Source: Raillietiella orientalis
Taxonomy: Eukaryota
Assembly (NCBI GenBank): GCA_036172245.1
Contig: JAYWIR010000006.1
Coordinates: forward strand, 1,178,001-1,242,000
DNA length: 64,000 nucleotides
Reading direction: 5' to 3'
Shown here: in pieces, positions 25,201-38,900 of the stretch
Layout: every line of letters begins with the position of its first letter
How positions within the stretch are numbered: the stretch's first letter is position 1
The notes under the pieces: model-generated
What the model saw: only the letters and a program-made list of their open reading frames with translations
What the model was told of the DNA's origin: nothing
Database searches by the model: none
Made by a program: the position numbers and the translations under genes

Positions 25201-27761
25201 CACGTCCATTTTCTTTTTATCAAGTCATGTTGAGATTCATGCAATCAGTCGCTCAATCATGCTGTAAAAAAATTCCAAAGCAAAAAATGGAACGTTATTG
25301 AGTAGTTTTTGTTTTATTGCAATCTAAGCAATAAGCAAGACAGAAATATCGGTAAGATAGATAGACTTTATCTACATGATGTGCTACCCTGCATTACATA
25401 AAGTTCTAAATTTAAATGCAGTTGAATTCCGCCTCATTCAAGCCACACTCGAACTCTTCCCATTTTTCCCCTTTGCCCACTTTCAAACTCCTCAATGAAT
25501 ATCTTTGGGAAAGCAAAAGAGTAAGAGACGAGTGAAGCAAAAGGACAAACACCCATGAGATGATGATGCACTTCATCATGCTGCATTTGCGAAGGAGTGC
25601 AAACATCCCATTTTGAAATATTCTCAGAGGTGCCTCCGCAAGGAAAACCTACACCACGATGTTTTCACGTCAAGTGTATATCCTTTGTGTATTCCTTTGG
25701 GTTAGTTCAGAAGACCAAGTATTTTTGCTGCGAAAATTCTCAATGGACCATCGTAGCGTGGGGAATGAAAAATTGGCCTCGATCCCCTCTCTGAAAACAG
25801 AGCATCTTGAAGGTGCATCCTGTCACCCTTGACCATGAAAAGCATGAAATATACACACATATAAATATAAAAAGACCAGCAACTTGAAATGAATTCGTTC
25901 ATCTAATGCTAAGACGGTTCTTCGTTTCAGAAATGGAAATGGTTTCATGCAAGAATGAAAAGAAGATAACGACAGGGGAGATTCCCATGTTTTTGTTGAG
26001 ATAAGTGCTGATAATTTGGATGAGTTCTTGTTTGAAAAATGAGGACAAAGCAAGAAGACATGCATGCAAAAAGTCGGAATCTGATGCCGCTGCTGAGTAC
26101 GATTCTCCGGAACTCGTCGTCTATGCAGGTTAGGGTGTCTAAAGATCGAAGGAAAGACGCAGAATTTCCAACAGAAAACTGATAACTGCCACCAAGTGTA
26201 TCAGTGGATGGCACATTCGGCTCGCCGTGAGCTGTTCAGGCTAAACCCTGGGACTCTGGAAATGAGCATTTTTACCGCTTATCATATCGACCAGTCATGG
26301 AAATGACTAAGTCTCTCGAGACCTTTGAGAAAACTCCAACTGCAAAGAGTGAGGCCGGGGCGCCAAGGACTTCGTGTTTTCAGTAATAGAGGCACGTCGA
26401 GGGGAGCAAATACACGTGGTGTTTTGCTAACCCCTCCCGGTCACTCCGCTGCTCCGTGCAACTGCTGGAAACACTCTTCGAAGAATAAACGCACACGCTG
26501 TGAGGTTGTTAAATGTGGTGGCATGGGCATGAGGGAGACTTCTTCGTGGCTCTGCATGCGAGCAACGAGATATACAATGAGGCGGTGCTGTGACACAGTC
26601 TTGTAAGTGTTCATCAACACTGTTGGTCCCACAAGGGCTTGACATCACAACCCCCCCCCCCCTTCCTCAAAACCTGAACTCTGACTTCACGGTGCCAATT
26701 GATTAACAACAGTCAACTGATAAGCTTGAGCTCAAGCCATTCAAAGCAGTATGAAGGAGGGAATCGACTATATTAATCCTCACATTTTCATGCAAACCGG
26801 AGTCACAGCCACTTTGCTACCCGTCTCCTTACCGAAGAAGATGGAATTCGTTTCAAAAGTCATGTACTTTCGTAATGAAACTTGATCGATTTTTTTTTTT
26901 TTTTAATTTCAAATCAGCACGTTGGTTTGATATCAAAGAAGCGTGTTATCTGGCATTGGATCGACCAGGCAGACCCAGGAAACTGCCACCTGCTAACTGG
27001 AAAAGGTGCGAAAGTGGTCCTGCAGACGAAACGTTGCAGAGTTCAGCTGGGAATAAGAGCATCCCTCGCTGAGAAACAGCGGCTAAACTCGGAAGGAAAC
27101 CATTTGGGCTTCTGCCTGGACGGCGATTGCGGTAGACTGTTTGGGTTTGCACATTTCATTCATTCGAAAGCATCCATTGCTGGTAACAGATGTCGCCGAG
27201 AACGCCTCCGGAAGGAGAAAAGACCGAACGAGTTGTGTTGCCTTGAAAACTGCTGGTAGATGGGCCTGGAAGTCTAGAAAAGGGCAAAGTATCTTGCCCG
27301 GACGCCAAGGGATGGAACACAGTCGCCCATGATTCTTGTTGCACATTCACAATGCTGATTCCATTAATGCCTTTCCCTTCTTCCCTGGACATATTGGAAA
27401 ATGTTCGATTTTGGTGTGTTTATTTTGGGATGTAAATTTTTTTTTTGTGCCATCTGCCTGATTGGATGGTGCCGTCAGGCAGGTTCGCAGGGGAAAGACA
27501 AGGCGAACGAGAGGCAGAATTTACAACGTTCAGTCCATACCGGTCGCTGCAGTGAACAAAAGAGCAAATGATCGGAAGACCACCAACAGTGAATGCACTT
27601 TTCAGAAATTGCTGGCAACAAAAAGATGAAGATGCTCACATCCACGAAATCCTGCTTTCCACGGTAGAGACGATCGCTTTTGTCCTCAAATGAATATGCT
27701 TTATGGAATTCCTGATTTCAGATTCCATCATGCGTGCTCTTGTGAGAGGTGAGGAGGCTGC

Positions 27762-29192
27762 TTATTCCTCGCCGTCGAATACTGAAGGCGGTGACCGATT
27801 CCTGAGAGCAACCGGACTGTCCATGGTGGAAGAGAGGGTTTCTTCTGATGCTGCGTCACCCCCAACGGGAATCGTCTGACGACATATAGGGCAAGTGACA
27901 TTGTTCCGGAGCCAGGGAAGAATGCAACTTTCGTGGAAGAAGTGGTCGCAAGGCAAAATTTTCAGTCTGTCTTCCAGGCGGTACTCGTCCATGCAGATTG
28001 CGCACTGTTCGCCGTTCAAGAACTGCTTAACCACAAATAAGGTGGGCAGATTTTCGATTCCATGCTCGTCCACCTTGTTCCAGGAGAACGTGACGTCTTC
28101 GAGACCTAATTCTAGATTCGATACTTCGGATTCGGATGTGTCGGAGTGGTCGGAAGAAAGCGATCTCTCCGGAAACTCCTCATCGCTTGTCGGAACATCA
28201 GGTGAGGATCGCAGTTCCTCGAGCCATCTAGAAAAACCGGCACTTCTTGGGCTCGTATAACGTGTCGGCACAGCTACGCCACTCGGGTAATTCTCATTGG
28301 CTAATAAAGCCCAAGCACTTCCTGGGTCCGTCCGGGTAGGGACAAGTGCGATCCCGTCTGGGTGCAGTTCCGTTTCCGCGCCGGTGGCGGTGAAGGCTCC
28401 ATGAGGTCTCGTCCTTGCGCAGCTTCTCCCCACCCACATCCGCAGAGGTGGGTAAGAAAGATCGAGGGTTCCTAGCGCGTCTTGCGACCTCCTCCTGAAC
28501 AGCAAGGTGGAAGGCGGTTTTCGTGATTTCGCTACTGAGCCAGGGAACAAACCAAACCCACCAACCGAATTGGATTTGTGGGATTTGTTGCCTCCTGCTG
28601 GTCCTCCTTGCCCAGGACCGACTTCGAACACACGCCTGCAGTATTCGGACAAGAGATCCAGCTCATCTTCTAAATTCTTCGCGTCCTGCATGAAGGAGGA
28701 GAGGCTTGAGAAGATGTTTTGCGTTTCGCGCAGCTCCCTAGTTGTGCGGGCACGATCCCCATCTGCGACGAAACTGCGACGTTCTCTGTGGATGGCCCAT
28801 GCATTTCCTGCAGCTGCTCTCAGAGCCTCCAAGTAGGGGATGGAATTTTCATCTTCTAGAATGGGATCGTTCACAAACAGTTCGGAATCTGCGGTAAATG
28901 TCCAATCCTCGAACAAAAAAGGGTCATCACAAGTGTACCCATCGAACAGATCTCTGGCATCTTTTGCCTCGCTCATACAGAAGGATAAGTCGCAATCACT
29001 AGAGTGGACATCATAAGCGAGAACGCTTCCTGAACATTCACCATCTTCAACTTGATGAGAATCGAAACTTGAATGAAGAATTGAAAAAAACAAAAAAACA
29101 GATATATATATATATATATATAGCCACAGCTCCTCTAAGAGCAAAATTTACCGATCAGAACTTTCAGCTGAAGGTGTCTCGTCCTTTTCCAT
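27762..29192 (-). CDS. RING-H2 (C3H2C3) E3 ubiquitin ligase, RNF126/RNF115/RNF181-like architecture
   Basis: Exon 29192-29152 (MEKDETPSAESSD, donor gtaaat) splices in frame to exon 29067-27762. The C-terminal CAICMDEYRLEDRLKILPCDHFFHESCILPWLRNNVTCPICR is preceded by IENLPT. The N-terminal region is long, acidic and Ser-rich. The ortholog cannot be assigned by eye. Confidence 0.88.
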
Positions 29193-30486
29193 GACCGTCT
29201 GAAAAAATGTTTCAGCATTTTCCAAAATGCTATCCATTTGTTTTAACCAGTGCAGCACTTTCAAATGTGGTTTATTCTGTACTCTTTTACTTTCGTTTCG
29301 ATCATCTATCAAAACACCTGTTAGTGAGGTAGATGAATGTCATGCATATTCTATATGTATATATATATATATTCGCTGTTATTGCACTACTAAGACTGCT
29401 GGTACATAAAGGAGCTTCGCTTGAGGAATTGACCACATAAATCTGTCAATTTGTCAAAGTTTCATTCTACATTTGTACGCTGCGTCACGTCATTTACAAA
29501 GACATAGTTACATGAAAAAATGCACCTTATATGAGTTGCTACAGGTGCAAAAGCAAATTATGGGAACCTACAAATGACGGAAGGATTTTCCATGACGTCG
29601 AGTGAATTAGGGAAAAGCAAACAAATTTGGATTTGCAGTTGCTTTGATTTTGCTCACTGCACGCACCCCGCACATGCAGCTTTTCATCTCACAGCTTCAC
29701 CCGCGAAAGATGAAGCAGCACGCGGAAGCGCGGGGTCAGCCGATTTTCACCCATTCACTCGGACCTCGAGGTGCTCGAGAAAATTTTCAACTTGGAACAT
29801 TTGAGGGTTTTTTTTTTTCTCTTTTTTTTGTCACTTTATATTCAGATACCTAATTCATAGATGGGCTGCCATCGGTTTCTCCCCGCTCTGAGCTCGGCCC
29901 AAGAGTTCTCCGGCAGCTTCCCCGCCATCTTTAGAGGAAACGGATGGGAGAAGTGTGCCTCCGTGAAAGCTTTTTCATGTCTTTATAGTGGCTGAAGAGA
30001 AACGGAGATTTCGTGCGACGACAGCGATCGTGGTTCGAGGAAAGCATTCGCGCGCGAGTTGTTTATTCAGTTCCATTCTTTGGCCGAACAATTGCGACGT
30101 GGCTGCCAACCACACAGTTCTGTGGTTGCCATTGGAACACGTCAAACAAGGGACTACTAGGTTGGAAGCGGAAGGAGAAGAGAGAGAGAGAGAGAGAAAA
30201 AAAATGGATCGCCGTCGGCGTTTGACCCATCCGCTGAGCTGGAGATGTAACATCTCTTCTTGCGCGCCTCTTGCCTTTGCCTCTTCCGGTTTCCGATTCG
30301 AGGGCGCGAGAGCTTCAAAGCCTCCCGAAGCAAAGTTTCCCTCCGAACTCTTGTCAACGACTCATCCTGCCAACTGGAAATAAAACAAAGCATGCGAACG
30401 AACCCATTAAAGAGAACGGAAAAGGGAGCATCAGGAAATGAGTTCGCAGGAATACGCGTACGCACTTAATGTTTACTCTGTGGTAC

Positions 30487-30489
<3 letters not shown>

Positions 30490-30520
<31 letters not shown>
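30490..30520. repeat. (TG)n microsatellite
   Basis: Perfect TG run. Confidence 0.9.
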
Positions 30521-30521
<1 letters not shown>

Positions 30522-32013
30522 ACAAATGATGAGTGAAAGAATGAATCATGGCAGGTCATGGATGCAGCAGGTTCTTCAGGCCACGCAAGGGAAGCATGCT
30601 GTTTACGTAGTGATGATTTCCGGGAAGAGCCGATGGCACTCTGTCTGCTGCCGTTCGAGCCGGGTGGAGAAGATTCGCAGGTTGACAAGGAGGCTCTTCT
30701 CGCCGACCACCGCAACGGACCGCGCAGAGACGGAAATCGCATCCGCGCCGCTGCTCACATGAGACGGGAAAGCCGGACTTTGGGAAACGTGGCTCGGGAA
30801 ACTCACAACAAAATCTGACATCGATGACATTTGATATCGAAATCCGATGAGCTTACGGATCGCCCGCGCGAGTGCTCTGCAACTCTTTTCGCAGAATTCC
30901 CGTAAAGTGAGAGCTGAGCCGCAGGCGCAGACCGCATCGCTTCTTCATTTCAGTTACTTTATTTTAGGGTTTGCATCCCAGCCTTATCTTTTTGGTGTCG
31001 TTTTCAGCACGGTAATCTATCGAGGCTCAGGGCGAGCACCCTTGCGTTTGTTCATCTCTTCGTATTTCGTAGCTTCAGAGCATTTTGGGATTCGTGCTCA
31101 GAAACAGGGATGGAATAGGGAGCTTCGCCAACTCTTTCTGTGATCCTCGCAAGGCTTCTGCACCGGTCGATGGAAGTATCTTACAAAAACATTCCCAAAA
31201 GGAAAAAAGAAAAAAAGTTTTTTTTTTTTTTTTCTCTTTTGCTATTTCTGGATTTTTTCTAATCTCCTTTTGCTCCTCGCGAAGCATCGACTCCTCGGTT
31301 AGCTGCAGAATCTGCAGCGGAACAAATGCCATTTCTTTTAGACGCCATGCAAGTTTTTACGATCTGAAGAAATGGAATCCATCTGGATCGATCCACTTGC
31401 CCCAATAAGCACCACCTTGAAAACTGTCGTCGGGAAAATCGAATCCAGAGAAGGCACTCTGGAAGGAGGTTCCCCATCGGTGCTTCATGTGTATATATAT
31501 ACACACTTGACTGACCCAAGTTGACACACTGTCCCGTTCAAATTTCGAACGCAGGGAGCTGCGATGGTAAGTTTGTTCGGTTCGCACGTCTTTTCACTCG
31601 GCCGAGCAGTGTGTCGTCTTCAATCGACTAACGGTCACAGTGAACCCATTGGCAATTCCAATTCCCTTCCGAGTGATTCCACTCACGTCTCGTTGACATT
31701 CTCGAGTCACTTTGGCTCTCCTTGCAAGGATGAAAGTTTCCACGTTGCAGCCATGATGCCTTTCCCCAAAGGCACCGAATTAGTGTGACCACAACGGCGG
31801 GATCCGTTAAATTTCCAGTGTTCCTCAGAGCATCTGAAACAGCCTCGGAAATCGAAATTTCAGCTTATCTACAGCTTTCGATAGCAAAGATAAGAAGAAT
31901 GAATTACTGTTGCCTGCTTCTTGCTCGAGGAACGGCGTTTATCTGTTGTTTGGAAGACCCTGGTAACAGAACTCACAGCATGGAAAGCATTCGTTATTCA
32001 TGAAAATTTGAAT

Positions 32014-32017
<4 letters not shown>

Positions 32018-32044
<27 letters not shown>
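32018..32044. repeat. (CT)n microsatellite
   Basis: Perfect CT run. Confidence 0.9.
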
Positions 32045-32050
<6 letters not shown>

Positions 32051-33161
32051 CTTTCCAGGAAGGTCGCAATGACGAATGCTAAGTTGAGTTAGGGATCGCC
32101 AAGAAAATTATCATCAGGACTCTTCCTTCTTGTTATCCCATCAAAGTATGAAAATACAGACGCAATTTAAAGTTAGCATTTTCCTTTTTTATGAATGCAG
32201 GCGATTCTGGAAAACTTCCTTCGCTAATTGAACGATATGCTGATTAGGAATGCTAAATTTTTCAAGTGCTTTTTTCTTCCATGCATATTTTTTGGGTCCT
32301 TGACGGCCCTGACGGATTCTTGCAGAGATACGTTTCAAGGGTATTCATTTTAGTGAGGTACTAATAAGAGTGGACCTAGTATTGTACTAATCCATCTGAG
32401 AGTGCATAGAGTGTTTACTATTTTTATTGCAAACATTTGTCGGATAACAAAAATATCACTTTTTCTCAATGGCAGAGGTTTAGCTGATCAGAATTAAACC
32501 CGAAAACAAGAACATCGGATCGGATATCTTTCCTTTTTTTTTTTTCTCCTTCACTATTTCTAGGTAACGTCACTCCCTCATAATTGCTATTCGAAGAATT
32601 GCACATCCGTATGTATGACCAAAGCTGTTGTTATCCGCAAAAGGAAACCTGCTTTTATAAGATGAACTGAAACAATTTTTTAAATTTGGTGCCCAGGAAA
32701 GGCTAAAGGTATTTCTTCATGTGTCTGTTCTCATCAAGGGAGCCGAAACTGATTCAGCGGATTGGTTCTCATGTCTGAAAACCTGAAAGTCGGATTCAAA
32801 CACGAAGAGTGAGCTCGTTTTCTCCAACTAGCTATAGTATCAAAACTGTAATGCCACATGGCATGTGCATCGGGAAAAATTATTGCCTTATCAACAGACC
32901 ACAAAGGGATATTCAGTCCTATACAAATCCGTACGTGAAAAATTTCTTCAAGGAATGCTTGCATCTGCTATTCACGTTATTGAGGATCCGCAGTGTGGTA
33001 ACACCGAGAGCATTGGGAAATTGATATAATGGACTTTGAAAAAAAAAAAAAAACATACACACACACACAAAAGCTCAAAACATTATCATTGCACGTGGAC
33101 TCATCTGAACGCAGTGCTTCTTCAGCTGCTCGGTTCTTTCCCAACAGAAGAGAGACCTACA

Positions 33162-33163
<2 letters not shown>

Positions 33164-33204
<41 letters not shown>
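33164..33204. repeat. (TG)n microsatellite
   Basis: Perfect TG run. Confidence 0.9.
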
Positions 33205-33207
<3 letters not shown>

Positions 33208-35940
33208 TGCTTTTATCAGGTCACGTGGGTTATGGCTCCTCCATAAAATCATGGAGTGAATCTGCATCGCCTTTCTCGCGGTGGATTCTTAAGAACTACG
33301 GTTAATTTCAAGATACAGATTTCAGAGGCAGCTGATTAGGAGAGAAAGGCTCAAAACACCTGCTTATTATGCCGAGCGTGAAATTTTTTTACTTCATTTT
33401 AATGCACTCGTAAGACTCTCCGAGCCGAAGAATAGAGAACGTACGTGATATACGATATACGTGGTCCACGCTTACCCACATTTTCCTCCTTTTTTTTTGT
33501 GAAGCTTTGCTAAACAAAACCGGGAATGTCTGGCCGTGTCGTACTGGTTGGTCTTATCAGCAATACAACACGATTAGAATTTTAATTGAACGACAGAACA
33601 AGGTGCTTATCTCCTCGAAATGCTTCAAAAGTGAGAAAAAAGGCATGTGTGTGTTTTTCCTTGGTGAACGGCGAGGGTTTCCCATCTCAGCCAAAGGCAT
33701 TCTCAAATGAAATATCCCGTGCCAGTGATCCTCATCTGCGTGAATTCATTCCATAATGCCCTGCTGGCGTCCATCATGAGAATGCCAAGCACATGGCTTT
33801 TGAAAAATGCACGTTCATCTCATGTCGGACATGTTGAGTGTCATCTCACGTACTTTTTTTTTTTTTTTTTTTCTCCCGTTTCGTCTGCAGGCAGATGTTA
33901 TTCTTTTTCCTCTTCGATTTTGACATCACCTCCAAACACGTTTATTTTCTTGAAGCCACGTGCTGGAAAATTCTCGGGGAATTCATTGGGCCCACAATGC
34001 CTCACGTTTCTCAGCTGTTCTTTTCATGAGAGAAAAGAAGGAGAAGACAAAAAAAAAAAAACGATCGGTGAACACCCATGAAAAGTGCATCCAGTTGTAC
34101 GATAGGAATTCATTTGCTATTTGCCAGTTGGCCTGGGAAGTGTAAAAACAGCTTCAGTGCCTCCTTTTTCCTTCCCCCCCCCCCCGAAAGGAACAGCGCT
34201 CTCTTAAATTCGGTTATTGCAAAAGCACTGAGCACAACACCAGCAGCAATCAAAGATAACCCGAATGATGAAAACTGGCTGAAGGCGACGCTGCTGAAGG
34301 ATTTTGCTGCTTGGGTTTCATGGAGGATTTCAGTGAAATAACCACGACTGGAGGACTTCCACCCCCCCCCCCCCACACACCTCCCCACCCACCCCACCTC
34401 CACATCTGATTCTGTTTCCAGCATTCCAAAAATATTGCCTTCTTTTTTGTAACGTACAGGACCACGGCATTCGTACGCTTTTCAAGGCTGCCATGAAGAA
34501 GGTTTCGATAACTAATTGCATGGCATTTTTTTTTTTGTTGTTGTTGTTGTTCCAACACCCAAACACCCAAGATATTGTCGCTGACGTTTTAGGTGTATCA
34601 CACGAGCGAAACACATTTTTTTTCTTTTCTTAGTTTTCCTTTTTTTTGTTGTTGTTGTTGTGAAAGTACATCGATGCATTAATAAAAATGACGCTGCCGC
34701 TGTCATCTTGTATTTCGAAGAATGGAAAGTACACGCAAATGCAAGTTACACATGTACGGACCCAACGGACCGGAGAAAGTGTACGTCGGCACGATTATCC
34801 CTGCAGCCTTCCCTCTTGTACTCTGCCCACGGAATTACCGTTCCGATAATGAGTGCCGTACCGCCGTGTACATTAAAATTAACGTCGTTAATGCACCCGA
34901 AACGAACGTGCACGTCGAAAGGGGTCGTCCGCCAGGACGTCGGAGGCAGCCAGCTTTAAAGTTGTACACTGAACACAACAGATTGTGAAAATATTCCTTA
35001 AATACGCATCATTGCATTTTTTTCACTGATATCTGTATTTCAGTGTATTATATATTCGTATGGTGCTTATTACCACGGCATGAAAATTCAGTAATTAATG
35101 CAGCGATGTGGTAAATTTGCTGTAGCTTGAAATCAAGGGAACAAAGCTGTGAAAGTAGAATCTTTTATCTTATCATGTGCGGTCGCTGGTGGTGTTATGC
35201 ATTCTGTTTATTTATCGGCATTTTCGTATCAATTAAATGCACTTCAAACAGGAAATGAAAATCCGAGATGTAGGAGTGAAATCTGCGGATGCAAAAATCA
35301 TTACTATTTACATTGCAAAAAATCCCAGACGTCATGTAGAAAGGCAAAATTGCATTTCATGTTCATGAAGTGCCCCTTTTTAATTCTGTCTAATTGTTGC
35401 ATTTGAAATGCCATGTACTGCCTTTTTTTTTGTTTTTTTGTCTTGTTTTTTTTTTTTTAAAGAAAAAAAAAAAAAAACAAGAAAAGAAATTTCCATATGC
35501 TTGTGTGATTTCCCCCAAAGAGAACAGATTTGAAATGTATGTGCATAGTGTTGATCCTTTTGAGTAATTGTCTTTACAAGTAAATGAATAATCCGTACGC
35601 AATAAATCCGATTAGTTGCGGTCGTTAAGTGCAATGCAGTTTCTGTGTTCAAATGTGTAGTTAAAAGCATATGCATATATGATTGATTGACTATGTACTG
35701 GAAAATTTACCGAAACTTTTTATGAAATCAATGATTTTAAAAATATTATAGATAAGTATTTTTTTCTTCATCCTGGTTTCACAGATTTTCAAAGAATTTT
35801 AGATATTTTAAAATTCCATATTATAAATTCATTTGAAAATTTTGATTTTAAAATTACATATATTTATGAAAGGAAGAAGGAAATATTAATAAATATTTCA
35901 TTTGAAGTTTTATGTCTTAGTCTTTGTTATAATTTGACAA

Positions 35941-38900
35941 ATGGAGGATCAACAGTTCTGCTTAAAATGGAACAATTTCCAAAATAACATTGTTGCATCT
36001 TTTGAAACATTACTTAAGGATGAAGATTTTGTAGATGTAACTTTAACTTGTGAAGGAAAAATACTCAAGGCTCATAAGATGATATTATCTGCATGTAGTC
36101 CATATTTTAAGGATCTTTTGAAAGTAAGAATCTTTGCATGATTTGGAAACAACCAATTCTAGGAATGCATTTTTTCGTTTTTTTTTTTTTTTTGAAAAAC
36201 TTAATGCTAAATATCAAGGGCAAAATTCGCAGTTTATAAACAGCACTCACAATTACATCATTTGTTAAGCCGAGTAATGATTAAGCATTACCATTGGTTC
36301 TTATTTAGTGATAATTGAATTTTATAAATGAATTTGGCCACAAACTCAGTTTTCATTTGATTTATGTTGTTTCAGCACGTATCTCTAATGGTTAGGATAT
36401 ATTATCGATGTATTAAATACAACTCAATAACTGCTGCATGAAATACAACATATATTCAAGCAATTGAACACACTGGTTTTTCTGTGAAGTTTGTAAAAAG
36501 TGAATAACATCCACATCTATTTTTACATATATCTTTAGCATGTATTTGATTTCAATGGAAATGTTTAACTGAGGCTTGGGAATGACCTCACCGATCTATT
36601 CTTCTTAAATATCAAGTAATTTTCCTTATTTGAATGCCATTTCTGATGTGTCTAAGGACATAGCAATTGTTGATTTATCCTAGATACAGTGCACTTGATT
36701 TGCAATCAGTTTGTGTTGTTTGTCATACAGTGCATGTAATCCAAAATTTTTTTCAAGAACATACCACCTTCATCTTGAATTTTTGCCGTAGCTTACATGT
36801 ACGGTTTTTGGTAAAGAAGTCCCCAAAATAATTTTCTTAGTAAGTTATTTTCAAGTCTACATGTTCCTTGAAATTTCAGCACATTGAGTGTAAGAAACTG
36901 TTTCATGAGATAAATCATGAAAGACCTTGTTTGTAGGCTGTGACACATGTACAAATTGGTGTTTGTAGATCACACAAAGTTTTAATATTGTTTTCATTGC
37001 ATGATGATTGCTCTTGGGATGCTTTTGTATTTCTTGAAAAAGCATAGGATCATAGAAAACTTTCTTTGTAAACTACTTGAAACAATGGAACTTGATTTGG
37101 GAATTCATTATCTATTTCCTTAATTTTATTGTGTTCTAACAAGTTTGCAGCCACAATAAAAGTTCATTTTGATTCTAGATTCATTTTGAAGTTCATGTTT
37201 TCAAGAATGAAATTAATACAGTGAAGTGATTGTTTCCCTTGAGATTGAGCAAAAATGTGTTTAGGATTTGCATTGTCAACTAAAGTGAAATGATAATCTC
37301 ACAGAGTTTGTAATGTGCATTCATCTTCAGATTCAGAATTCTAAAATACTTTTTCTTGTGGACATATTGAATTTTAGCAACAATTTGTATTTATTTCAAA
37401 TGTGAAGATAGCACATTGCTAAAATTCAATTCAAGTTTGTAATATTTTCAGATGATTCCAATTGAATTACTTTTGATGTTTAGCTTTTCATCTCACCTGA
37501 AGTAATCAATTTTGGTTCCAGTAAATATGCTAAAAGTCTTTTCCAACATGTCTTGATTTGCCTGTTCTTATGGTTTAAAAAGTAATTCCAAATTATTAGT
37601 GTTCACCAGTCCAAGTTATTTTGAATTGTGTGGATTTTGTAAGTATTCTATACTGAGGCAGTTGAGTGCTCCATTGAGGTGATTAGTAGATTACCCTCTG
37701 CATTTCTGTCTGACTTTGTCTAACCAAACTTCAGCTTCCTTCATTTCTGTCCCTTGCTCTATTTTATAGGCAGTGAGAATTCAAATGTAGTCAGCTTATT
37801 GCCAGAGAAACCAGACAGAAACAGTTTTAAAAAAGAAATAATAAAAGCATTCATTTAAAGTTCCATCTAGGGTCCCTGATGTTTGTTTTAGTATTAAAAG
37901 AGTTCAGACTATCATTATTAGACTAAGGATTTTTATTTTGAAAATAATGTATTCTTTAAACTGATTCAAAGTGATGAAGATGGTAAGACTCCAAAATTAG
38001 TGTGAAGGTTTGACTGTACTTTTCCAGCATGATGACCTTCATATTGTGTTCATCTTCCCTCTCTCTCTCCCCACCTTATTTTGCCCTCTTTCATATTTCT
38101 CAATTCTGGAGATTTGAGTCATTTTTATCGAAGTTTCACATTAACATATTTAGAGATTTGTTAGCTTTTGAGAGTTGTTTTCAGCATCCTGTTGAAGAAC
38201 TTCTGCACATGTGAATATTTAACTTTCTTGTGTGGCAGTACAGTACAGAGCAGTACTAAGTATTTTACTATAATAAGGCACAGTTGGATATTACAAGTGA
38301 TCAGGATTTGTACAGCTGAATTAAGATCTTCTGAAAGGAGAACACCATTAATTTTTTGTGATTTGAAACTTCTTTCATGTTATGTTAATATTTCGTTTTT
38401 GTTTTCTTATTGAGTGTTTCTTGTGTCCCTTTTTTGTTTGTGTTTACACTTGGTGGTGGTATTTATTTTAAATTATGCAACACTGTTTTAATATACAGCT
38501 TTATTGTTTTCTTTTTGTTATTGTGGTTCTTTGTTGTATGAATTCTTGATTTGTATCTTCAGATATCTTTCTTTGATTTTGTGCACATTGGATAGATTAT
38601 TCTGTAATTTCCTTTTACTGGCAGATGTGATTTGTGTTGTACTTTGGTTACCACCCAAAGGGATATGTAGTTTACTCCATATTGTATCACAAGATAATTT
38701 TAAATCTTTTCCATTAAAATTGAGTTCCTGTATGCCTAATCTTATTTCATGTAATGAAAGATTATTTTAGTAAATGAAAACGAAAATGTTTTAGTTAAAT
38801 TTCAGATTTCACTTGTTGAAAGACATTAGTAAAATGATAACATGTTAGAAAGATGTAAGCTACAATTCAGAAAAAACTACAAAATTTTTTATTAATGATA

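Noticed and set aside
27895..28836. Plus-strand ORFs inside the RING gene
   Set aside because: Antisense shadows of the minus-strand CDS.
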